NCBI GenBank assembly: GCA_963924565.1
Contig: OZ004608.1
Coordinates: forward strand, 26,040,001-26,104,000
Length of the DNA: 64,000 bases
From: Ascidiella aspersa
Lineage: Eukaryota
Direction: 5' to 3'
The notes under the pieces were generated by a model. The model was not told where the DNA came from. It saw only the letters and a program-made list of their open reading frames with translations, and made no database searches. The position numbers and the translations under genes were made by a program. Position 1 is the first letter of the stretch. Every line of letters begins with the position of its first letter. This document shows, in pieces, positions 1-12,000 of the stretch.

Positions 1-88
1 TCAGGTCGAGCGGCGTGAAGTGGCGCTTGATGTAGCTGGGCGAGTTTGAGAGTGGTGGGGTGGGGTAGGCCGACGACGGGCTGCCACA
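1..88 (-). CDS. Fox-ZF exon 15 (partial; continues past window edge)
   Basis: atttag acceptor, phase 0; [29 protein letters not shown]; GC3-rich like the other exons. Confidence 0.65.
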
Positions 89-3000
89 CTAAATAAAATA
101 CGAAATGTTAATTTAAACTAAATATTTTTAATTCGAACAAACTTGTATTGCGCGGAAAAAACAAAAAACAAAAAAATAAATAAATAAAAATAAAGAAAAT
201 AATTTAAAAATGTATTGAGTGGTAGTTTTAATTACTTCTACGTCGTTTTATCTCACCTTTAAACATTTTTCTTAACCAATAGCACTTATTTTTAGTTTAA
301 GACGTTATAATGCCTTGTAGACGATTCTTGAATATTTATGTTAAGCAGCAACGAAACACTAAATTACTTGGAAATCGAACCGTGTTTATTCTCCTGAAAA
401 TGCGGCCATGCTTGTTTATCTGTTTTCGCCTTACACGCAGTTCACGATTATGGCGATAAAAGGCCCGTTCCGAGAAAAGAGTTGTTGTTCTCACGATAAT
501 GTAAAAACATTGGCGTAAAATCAACGGGTTTTGGTGGATTAGAAAAGAAAACATTGCCACACACACACACCTCGTCCTCGTTGTACTTGGACGTATATTT
601 CTGCGGCGAACAAGCCTTGTTCGTTCTTGTCGATTCGTTGGTGCTTCTGTAACAAAACCAAAAAAGTTGAATATACATTACAGCATAACAGGGAGATAAA
701 GTAAAATTATATTATAGGTAAATAAGTAAGTATAAGTTAAAGCGTTTATCCAAAGCCATCAACTGTTGATTTTATTTTCATCTTTGGTACAAAATATATT
801 ATAATATTTAAAATGAAACAAAATACTTCGAAATATTTGTGGCAAAAGAGCGTAAAAATTATGTCCCCGCGGATATATCTCGATTGGTATGTAAATGCAA
901 ACAGCGTGCATCGGCGGTGTACGTGCATCGGCAAGATTCCGCCGCTGCTGTATTCAAATCGCGTGCGGGCACGACCGGCGAGCATTAAATCGCACGCGAT
1001 GAACGCATCAAGAAAGCGAAAACGCAAGTCACACAATGCCCGGGGGCGTCGAATTTTCCCAGGGTCGGGTTTTATTCCTGAGCCACAACAAGCTAGGAAA
1101 CCCTGCTCGGCCAACGGGTCTTTATCTCTCTCTCGCTCCCCTCGCCATTTTCCCTTTCTCTTTTTTTGCTCACGACGATCTCTCGCTCCCTTGCCTTCGT
1201 TCAGCGGAGCGCGACCATCGAGATGGCAATCTGAGCCGAGCCGAGCCGATTTCGGCTGCGTAGCGTGCGAACCAACGTAAACAATCCCGGGCTGATTCAG
1301 CCGTGGCTCGCCGTGTGACGACAGAGGCTAGGCGCTCTCGCGTGCGAAGGCCGGCGGATTACGAATCGCCTGATTGTTTACAAACCAACGGCCTGTTTAT
1401 TCGTGAGATCAGGCCCGCGATTCATCAACGGGAAACGGGGAGGGATCTTTTTTGAGCTTCTATGACTTTGCAGTTAAATATAGCGCGCATCCAGTTTTCT
1501 TGTTTTCTTTGCAGAGTAAACACTGAAGCTTTCAATGTTGACCGGTCGCTAATTTTCCGGTTGACGACCTAAGGTCAAATCGTGCACCAAATATTTGCCA
1601 GGGTGTTTTGCGTTTAGAAACATCACAACAGCGTGTTTCAAAAAGTCATACCATTTTTGGTTTATAAAAAGGGCCCGGTATATGCGGACTGTATGGCGCA
1701 ATGTTCATTTTGTTTTTGTTTTTTCTTCGTTTCGTGGTTTTAGATTGGACTACGCCTAAAATCAGCTGTCGAAATAGGGGTGGACGGGTGTAAAACATAA
1801 AGGGGGCCAAAACGAATTTTTTGTCGTCATTTTCTTGTTTTACCCTCTCATAAACTTGCGTTCCCGCTAAGCTCCGATTGATGCGCGACAATAAATAAGG
1901 CCATCGATAAGTGGTGGGGATCAAAGGGCGGAAGGCAGTGCACGACGCGGGAGGCCAAGATCGAAAACGAGCGCCTGCCGTAATCCACAAATCAACACGT
2001 ATCAGGCCGAAAACGAGCAGAGGCCGGCCGCGATCGGAGTGACGTCACAGCGTGTTACAATCTGTTGTGGAATGCGTGCTGTGGCGGTGGCGTCTGCACG
2101 CGATCTCTCGCCCTTCGCTGCCCCGGCTAAACACCTCGATTTCCTCGCGGCGCCGCGCGAATAAGACAATGACTCACTTCAAGCGCAACAACAACACGGA
2201 AAAGGAGGTGTTTTTCTTCTCCACGAAAGCCCCCTCGCCCCCACCGCGCTCCCAGAAGTGGCTCGTAATGGGGAGTCACCGCCATTGTGACGTCGCCGGG
2301 CTGTCAATGTCGCGGTCCAGTGGCCACAGGAAGGACTCTAGGTTATTATCTGACGGGCGCTTCCGTGTTATTGCATGACGGCATGGTCATCTGTCATATT
2401 GTTTGAAGTTGCGGTCAGTCGTGAAACGGAGGCGTGTCCTTATATTTTTGTCGGATAGGCACTTTTAAATTATTTATGCCTCCTATACTCCGAGGCACCT
2501 TAAAATTGGACTGTCTTCATAGGCAAATCGCTTTGATTGTGCGATGACGTGATGGGATTAAGTGTATTCTCAGCCGTTTTCGGTGTCGCGAAAAAAAATA
2601 AACATGACGCGTCTCGTGTTGTGTTTTGCTGACACTCTGCGGAGAGCAGCTGTGTCTACTTACGAAGGCGCCTTTCGAAATAAACGTCCTAAGAAAACAT
2701 CAACAAGGCGCGAGAATGAAATGAATCATTTCTCCGTCTTCCGCTCGGATCAAACGCCACAACTTTTCCTCGCCATCGCTGAACGCGGGCCCTCTCGCAC
2801 GCGTGATCCCAAGTCAACAGCCTTCCGCGAATAGCGCAACCGAAACGGACTGGCTTTTGACGTCACGTTCACACACGCCGCGCAAGTTCAAGCAAGGCGG
2901 CGGCTGCGCGCGCGCACACCGGCGTACACACGCGCGCCCTGCCGGCTTGCACGCGAGCGGCGGCGACGAGAAAGACATATCGCCTCGGAACGTAAACATA

Positions 3001-6000
3001 ACAACAGGCGGTTTTGGTTACAGCGGCCCCGGCGCGGCCTTCTCACGCAACTCGGTCTTGCACGCAAACTCCATATCGCGCCTATAGGCACAAAAGCACC
3101 ATGCCAGGTAAAGGTCAGCTTTGGAGCTGGAGGGAGGAATCAAGCCGGCGCAAATCTCCGACAAGGCGCAATTATCTGGTAATGGCCTCCTTCATTCCGC
3201 GACAACGCGTAGCTTGACACCGCCCTTTGTCTTCACAAAGTCGACCAAGACACTGATTGAATGTTTAACGGGCTTTCGTTCGATTACCGGAACGGAAAAA
3301 ATGTTTGTTGCGGTTTATCCATTTTGCGCATTTTCTCGCGACGGCGACACACCTCTCCAAGAAACAATTCCGTCACTGCAATTAAAAATTTATGAGAGCT
3401 ACGTTCCCCGACCCCTGATGTATGCCAAGTTGACTCGTCCAACTTTAAAGGTCGACTAAAATAAATATTTTAATTTGTCGCGAAAATGAATTATTCCTAG
3501 AAGCGCGTATTTATACACAAATATTAATTATTAATTTGTGTAAGTTTACGTTTGTTTTAGCAAGGGACGGCTTCTTGTTAACACTGCGTGTCCGATATTT
3601 ATTTCTGACTGTGCTTAAAACCTAGTAACGGTCTTTCACTCGAGGAATGTTAAATCGCGACGCAAACACCAAACCGCAAGGACCCTGAATGCGAATCGGC
3701 CAGGAATGGCTAAGCACAAACACCTGTCCGTGGATGAGTCGAGAGAGGCCCGTATAGGAGAGAAAAGGCCCGCGCCGCCTTGTTTTCGCAACTTCGTCAG
3801 GCTAGCACGCGATATGTGCTCCAGCCGCTCGACTCTCTCACGATATGTTTACGTTAGGCTGGGTGTCGCTGCATCGATCAAAACCAGGCCCAAGTCCTCC
3901 AACCACCGACGCCTCCCATGCATTTTGTACTTATCTTGAGCTTCCCGTCGCTACTTCTGCTAATTCGGTGTTTGGCAGCCGATAATAAGCCACAAATCGG
4001 GCCGGAGTGCTTTCGCACGCAATAAACTAGGAGATTCTTTGTAGGCGGTCAGTTGTTTTGGGATATCCTGAGTACGTCACAAAAACGTAACAAGTGTTTT
4101 TAAAGCGTTGTTTGTTTTTTTAATCCGGCCATAGACACATAAATAAAAGTTTGTAGGAAATTGTTTAGTTAAAACAAAATAATTATTGCTATGAAGAAAA
4201 ACCCGTTTATGTTATGCAATATAATAGGATTACTTTGCGGTTCACTTTCATTATTCTCGCGTTAGCTATTGCATTGAAAGTGCGCGAATTCCGCGGCAAA
4301 GGGGGATTAGAATGACAGGAACGTGTTTTTCCGCTTTCCCGTCGCCAACGCCAAAGCCGGCATCAAAACAAGGCCGTGACCTTTGCGCGTAATCAGATCG
4401 CGTTTTCGGCAAAGCAGACTATTAAAAACGCATTGTTTCAAGTCGGCCTGGGCGTCGCACGCAAGCTTAACCGCAGCAGTCATTGTGGCGGTCTGCTTTT
4501 GGCATTTCAAAAGTTGCCGGCTGATCATCTCTTTTCCACATTCAAGTGGCTCTCTTTCTCTCTAATTTTGTTCCTTTTCTCTCTTTTTCGTGTGACGTCA
4601 TCGTTTGGCCACGTAGGCTTCGCTGCAGCGGTCGCTTACAATATTAAAAGCGGAAACATATTGCGCCCGCCGATATTATCGAATTAATTGCCTCTCGCGG
4701 GTTCGGAATTTTTAACTGCGCCAGTTTGCAGCGGAAGGAGTTGATTACAAGGTTGCGAGTTCCAACATATACGAATCGTAATGAATTATCCGCCTGAACG
4801 TGTTTTATTTAATTCTAAGCCATCACAAGAAATGTAAAGATATTTTTTGCTACTTTATATTTCCAAAAGTAAACAAGAAAATGAGGAATGTTTAAATTAC
4901 AAATATAAACGAAATATTTGTTTTAATGATCAACGCGCGCCGGACAATCCTAAACCCTAGAGCACAGCTGGCCAAATCCGGAGCGGCGCAGCACGAGAGA
5001 GAAATAGAGATATATAGTCGTCACAGCTCCGAGGCAGCATCAATCGCGATTAGGCGATGTCCTGGCACGCAAGAAACACTCGGCAACAACACACGGGGCG
5101 AGCAGGTAATCTAAATATACGCACGCGGCATGCATTGCGCCGCGGCCGCAAGGTTCGTGAGAAGCCGGCTGTTGACATGCAGATCGCAGGGCCCCGGGGC
5201 AGCCTTGGAGTCTGGGCCACTCGGACTTCGCGTGCGAGGATTTGCCGCGGCGCCGGCCGCATGTTTATTTTCATGTTACGGCGAAAGCTGCCCGGGCCCG
5301 GCGACCGTCGCACGCGACTGGAAGCTTAGCGCGGCAGGCGGCACGACCGACAGCGGCGTCGGCGGTGGGCGTTTGCCGCGGCCGTCGACCAGATTTCGAA
5401 AAGATATCGGCCACCCCATCAGCCCGCCCATTTATCATGCTTCGCCTACGCATGTCGAAACCTTTAAGAGCAAAGCGAGGGTTAAGCCAGTTTACCCGAG
5501 TAAATAGCAAGGCGCCTCTTCTTTTCTCAGCTATAGATTTTAATGCCTAATCAAAATTAGCCTGATTTAAAACAAAATTAGCCTGATTTGCCGGTAATGC
5601 TAATTCCTTTTGGGTAATTGTGAAAACAGGCCTTCTTGGCCACTAATTTTACCGATACTTTGTGACCGTTTTAACCTGAAGCCAATTTTATCATGCCGGT
5701 TCAATACAAGTGGAGATTTATTTTCCCCGTTGTAAAACGAGCGGGCGTTTGCAGTTTAAATTGCGCACACAACGAGCTGCATAGTTGCGCCATCAGCTGA
5801 CTGCTCGCGTGCGTCGAGTTGTTCTGCGCTTTTTTCGCACTTGAACATCAAAACACTTGTTGACGCTGCAGGCTCGGGTTACAAAAGCACTTTGTAACTT
5901 TTACATTTTGTTCAATAAATAAATTCGAGTTCGTTTTCTGTTCATGTTTTGGTGTATTTTGGTATTTTTGATTAGTTTTTGTAAATGTTGTATTTTACTA

Positions 6001-9000
6001 TTGATTCTATGTTTTGTTATTTCCAACTTTTATTGCAACAAAGCCGAAAACCCTTTAAATAAACACACTCTATTCACGTCTCAGACTATTAATCGTTTGG
6101 AGCTTAGTATAAACACTTTTTGTTAACATATTTTGCCAGACCTCGTTAACGAACGTGAGCTGAAAAGACATAGGTGTGGCGTCGAGTGATTTGCATACAT
6201 TGCCGCGGTTTACATGTCGCCAACTCGTTGCAATGACTTGGCAGAAAATTTCGCCGGCACGATTTTTTCGGTTCAGGGCGGCGCATAGCACAAAATTTCG
6301 CACAAAACATCGCGGATCAGTTCGCTGAACTGCGAAGCATTTCCCGCGGCCGCGTAGAGTTGTTTACCGCCTTCCAGAACGCCACAAGAGCAGAACTACT
6401 GGCGCTGCTGATAAACACGCTTATTATTGTCAAGAACAATCCTCGACGCGGGTGAGTCAACATCGTGGAATTCACGCCAGCCACTGTTCCCATTCCGACC
6501 CATAACAATTACGCCAAACAGAACAACTGTTGACGCGATGGCGAATCGTAAGCGAAAGGGAATTTTTTCGGTGATTGACATTTCACGCGCACTCGAAGAA
6601 TTTGTGCGGAAATCGGCCCTCGTTCTCCCCCTCCCTTTTATTTTTATTTTTTGTGTGCAAAGCTTCGCAAACGCTCAATTAGGAATACGCGCCAGGACAG
6701 GAAATCGTTGCACGGGGCGATTGCCCGCATTCGTGCAAAGCCAACTGGCCGCCAGAAAATGTTGACGTGACCCGCACGGTTCGGACAAAGGTGGAAAGCA
6801 GTAGGCCGATATAGGCAAAAACAACGAGCGGAGACCAATTGCGGAGCCTTGAGAGAAGCGCCCGACGCCAACGAATGAAGAGCACCGTTTGCTGCTGGTT
6901 GCTTTCTCCTTTCGCGCGATGTTTTCGTACCCGGCGGGTCATAAACAAGCGGGCTGTGACATCACAGGGACACGAAGAGCCAACAAGTTTCGCGTGTCTC
7001 CGGCGCTTTTGTTGTCACGCGATCGTTCAAGGCGAGTTTAGCGATCAACAAACAACAAGGAGGCCTTGAGAGGCGGCGATGACGCGGCACCAGCAAGCCG
7101 ACGCAGCTTCGGAACGCTATTTTCGAGATATTTTTAACGCGCAATTGAAATAACCTTATGGAAAATTAAAATCCACTTTAATACGAAATAAGATTTTTTT
7201 TTTGAATATGTAAACTTGTACAACCTCTACACAAGGAAATTAAAGCTTGAAACACAAGCAAGATTATTATCTTCCTCTCACAATGACGTGTATGTTGACG
7301 CCACGCCCCACTGGGCCCCAATCGCCCCCGCCCCCACCCCCAATTGTCGAAGGCCACGCCCTCATTCCCCCCACGTCACTCGCATTCCTGCTTATTGTCA
7401 CAAGAGGGGGCCCCTGATCGCGGTGGGTGGCGAATGTGGGTAGCGCGTGAAAAACGATGAAGGGAGCTTTCGTTGTTTCTCGGCATATGTTTATGTCGCT
7501 CACTTTGTAAGAAGAATGCGTCTTACCGTTTTTTACGCACTTAAATTTAAGCAGATTGTTTACTCAATTTAACAATTCAAATTCTTACAGGAAAACTTTC
7601 GGCCATTGTCTTTGAAATATAATTAGGGAGCAATGACGTTTTGAACTTTTCACCCAAATCTACAAAATTCAATAGAATTTGTACTGCAAATGGTTGAACT
7701 TTGTGACCTAATCCCACGAGAATCGAAAGAAAATCCTACAGATTATGTTCTTACAATATAACATGTAACATATCCGGGGTTACGGCCGGGGCGCAACTCA
7801 ATAGAACCGCCAATCTGCTTAAATCGAGTAAACAGCGTAACGCGACTGGACCTCAAACGTTTACAATCGTCCAATTAATCCCAAGCGGCGCAGTTAAATT
7901 CGCCTGCAACTAATGGCCGGGATCAAAGCGAGCAGTTGTCTTACAGCGGCTCCCGCGGGGACGGGTGCGATCCTAACAACAATCGAAAATACATCACTTA
8001 CAGCACTTCCAAGTTGGGAAGCGAGCTCCTCTCGTCCTTTGCGTCATCGTGTGACGTCATCAGCTTTGTTTGCGAGTGCGTCTTGCGGCAGTGCTGCTCG
8101 AGGCCGTGGATGCCCTTGGCGTGGAAGTCGCACTGGTTGCATTGGTGCTGTAATGTGTTTACATATAAGGTTAAGCGCTGTCGTGTGTCCCACGGGGATG
8201 AAAGCACGGCAGGCTCCGCGCGAGAAAAAGGATTACGCCGATGCGCGGGCGATACGCGCCTCGTCGCCTTGTCTACGAGTTTGTTTGCAGTCGACGACGG
8301 GATCCGGCTAAGTCGGCGACCCGCGAACTTTCGCGACGGTCGCGAAAACGCACACAAGCACAAGATGGGCGTGATCCGCTTTTCGGGCAAAATGACAAAA
8401 CTTGACGCAGCGAGATAAATACATGAACTTAAAGCGAACACTAACCCAGCCGTGAATGTTCTTCTTGGCATCTGACTCCGCTTCCAAACCCGCACTTCTC
8501 CTCAGCTGCGGACTGATGCACGGCGACGAGTTAGGATTTACATCGTTGCCTTTGCAAAAAACAAATATTATTAGCAATGTTTTCGGAACAACGCCGAAAC
8601 CGAGGTTTCAAAATCGCCAGGACAGTTACCTGTGGAAGACGGTCGGTTATCGCTGGAGCTCGATCGTGCGTCCTCCTCGGCCGACTTGGCCTGCGAGAGT
8701 TCGAGAAGCTTCTGCTGGTAGTTCCAGAAGTGCTGTTTTAGTTGCGCGGCCTGGTCGCTCTCGGCGCCTGAAAGCTGCGCGACAGAGCAAGGGTAAAATA
8801 AATAAAAACAGAAAATTGAATTTTATTGCGATGGGCGACAGCACGAACCTGGCGCGGGAAGTTGGGCGAAAATGCGGGGTTTGCCGGCGCGGCGAGGAAG
8901 GAGTTCTGCATTGCCAGCTGCTGGTAGAATAAGCGAAGCTGATCTTGTGAAAGAGAGGCCGACGAAGCTGCGAACGAAGAAATAACATTTAGAGTGCTAA

Positions 9001-12000
9001 ATTCACTTTAAAGAACTTCTTTAAAAATACAGGAGCTGTATATAAATAAGAAAAACAGGTCGATTAAGCAAGGCATTCTTATTTTCACCTGCAGCAGCCT
9101 GTTGCAGCGCAGAGTTGAGCATGTGCTGTCGTTGGACCGCGTAGGCGTCCATTCCGGTCACCCCTGCCTCGTGGCTTGCCGCCGCGGCGTCCCGCTGGTG
9201 CTGCTGTTGTTGTTGCTGTTGCTGCTGTTGTTGCTGCTGTTGTTGTTGCTGTTGTTGTTGCTGTTGTTGTTGCTGCTGATGTTGTTGCTGTTGCTGTACT
9301 TGCTGTGTGAGCGAGCGCATCACCGACTCGTCGAGAAGGCCGGAAGCGAAACTCGCCGAGTAGGGGAAGCCGGAAGTCGGACTTCCTATTAAATAAGACG
9401 AAACGAGGTTTGCAAACATGTGCCACCAGACCACTACTAAACAGCAATTAAATAAAACGACCTTAAGTTTCATTAGGACAAAATGCTCTTTCAAATATTT
9501 TGAAAAGCCTTTATTATTAAGTAATTTCTTTCGGGTTACCTGCTGAAGCGTGCTGGACTGCGGCGAGCATGTTAGATGGGCCGCCCGACACCATGATGGA
9601 ACGCGGGGTGAGACCGGACACCATATTTTGCAGCGACATCAAGCGATCCGAGGTTTCTGCGTAAGATAAACAAAAAGGCTGAACAGGTCGGTCGACAAGG
9701 GTGATTTCCGCTCCTTGTATACCCAAGAAGGCAGCGTTGCCTTCGCGGACTTCGTGTATTTATGCTCATGAATATTTCAGGCCGATTGATTGACGCAGGT
9801 CGCCGCGCAATGAGGACCTTGTCAAAAGGAGCGAGAAAGCACCGCTTGGAAAAGTTATTTAAAGAGAAGCGACGTTTGGCGAGATATCCTAAGGATTAAC
9901 GGAAAAAGCATTTTACTTAAGGATTAATGGGAAAGCACTTTACCTTTCTGGCTGTGGCTGTTCTCTGCATGGGCCTCGTTGTTTGAGTTGGCGACGGCCG
10001 CTGCGACAGCCTTGGCCTTGAGGTTGGTGATCTCAAGCTGATGCATGACCCGGGCATGTTGCTCCAGCAGGGTGGCGCCTGAGCTCACGTAGGTGTACGG
10101 ACAGAAGCGGCAGCGGTAGTGGTGGATGTCCGACGACTCGTAGCGGATCGTAATATTACCACCGATCTACAAGTGAAACGTCGGGTCAATTGCGGTCTTC
10201 AATCGATTTAAAAGTGTCGGTTGGGAGATACTTACGTTGACGCCGTCCACCATCACTGGTGTCTCGTTGCCCGAGTAGCCGTCTTCGCGTCTCTGGCCCT
10301 CGAAGCTGTTCCTCTCCGGCGACGACGTTATGCGTTCCGACGTCAACATGGACGGAAGAACGATTCCGGATTGTGCTGCAAGGCAACAACATATAAGACC
10401 ACGCTCTTCTTTTAAAACCACCGCTATATGCGAATTCTCGTACCCATAAGGCTCTTCTGGGCTGCAGCGATCCAAGGCTGGGTGGAGGTCGGAAGACCAT
10501 CCTCCCTTCGTCTGACTTTCGAGAGCATTGGAGAGTCGATGAGCGCCTTACTAAAGGTGTTGAGAGTCCCTTGCATGTCCTCAACCGACGACAGAGAGTT
10601 TGGGCGTTTTCCATCGTCGTTGTTCATTGCTGTAAAAAGTAATCGTAAAAGTTAGGACTTATCCTCGCCAACCAAAAATGTTATTTCATAGACGCGAAAA
10701 CCGATAGCAAGGGTTTCGGCGATCGGCCAAGGTTGTTAATATAAAAGCGCGATTAGCAGAGTAAGGAACGCGAAATATACGCGCTATTGGAGTTGTTTTC
10801 TACGAGCCAAGATCTGTTTTTACCCTGGAGGAAATTTACTCAAGCCCCGGCTCAGGGTACAAGACATGTTCGGGAGTGTCAACGTAGCACAGTGTACGTT
10901 TTGTGTGACTGAAACCAACGCAAAATGCGAAACCGGGACTGGGGCAGTTTCGTCTGTCGTCACGACTGAGCCATGTAAGTGTGACAGTTGTGGTTACACA
11001 GAGGCGCGTGCGATTGAATCGCCGTGACGTCAGGCGCGTCCGGTGAACGCTTCCGGGTCAGCTACTGCCGCTGGTAGCGGTTGCGTCATAAAACGGTCAG
11101 TGATAAACAAATGTTTACGCGTTTTGTTTGCTAGCGCGCGCATTAGTTTGTAATGCGCCTCTTAATGTGATGACGATGGTGACTAAGCGCTGTCGCTGGA
11201 CAACAGATGTTGTCGCGATGATCTGTTGCCAATCTGGTAGGCCCACGCATGTCGTATAGAGGTGCACAATGCGCATCAAAACAGCAGCTACAATTTTTAG
11301 CATAAATACCCGCCCACAGGTACAAGACAGATCTAAAGCAAACATATACAACAACCAAGTAAACGAAGGTAATTGAACTATCAAGTACGAACCCAAGTTA
11401 GGTCCTTCCCCTTGCTTTAAAATCATCATCCTCGGATGCTTAGCGAGATCTTTTTCCGGGGGGCTCTGCGATCGCTTCCTGGCCTTGGCCCTGGGGTCCT
11501 CGACCGCGTGGTAGGCGCCATCGCCCTGCTGCCAGCCCATGGCTGACATGGCCATCAACTGCGGGGGGAAAGCCGCCATCGGATAGAGGCCGCTGGATGT
11601 CGCCACGTGCCCTTCGTTGGCGCCGGCGCCGGGGTTCGGGGGGTTGTGCCGGTTGGCTTCCTCCTGGTGGCTGGCCTTGCTCTTTCGACCTCCGCTTCCT
11701 GGAGGACGCAAGGGATTATTAGTTGGAACAATGGGAATTGTAAAGTTGGACGCAAACACGGCGCTTTGTAGGAAAGCTTTCGCCGCGTCGGCCTTGGTTG
11801 AAAACAATTTCCACGTAACAGAATATCATTAGGAAGCGGGCGATTATCAATCAGGCGAGACAAGACACACCGCCCAGGCTGGGCCGCGCGCGAATCAATC
11901 ACCAATCTGCGTCGGAAACTTTCCTTGGTCGGTAATTAACACGACGGCAAAATAAAACCTGCAAACAGCCAATAGGCCAAGAAAAAAGCCTTATAATATA

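Noticed and set aside
5552-5589. 17-bp direct repeat caaaattagcctgattt
   Set aside because: Simple local duplication with no further structure
746-7936. Many 60-160 aa ORFs in the GC-rich intron
   Set aside because: No recognisable domains; expected in GC-rich sequence; exons 13 and 14 join in phase without them
9102-9392. Poly-Leu ORF on plus strand and poly-Thr/Ala ORF on minus strand
   Set aside because: Alternative-frame shadows of the CAG/CAA tract
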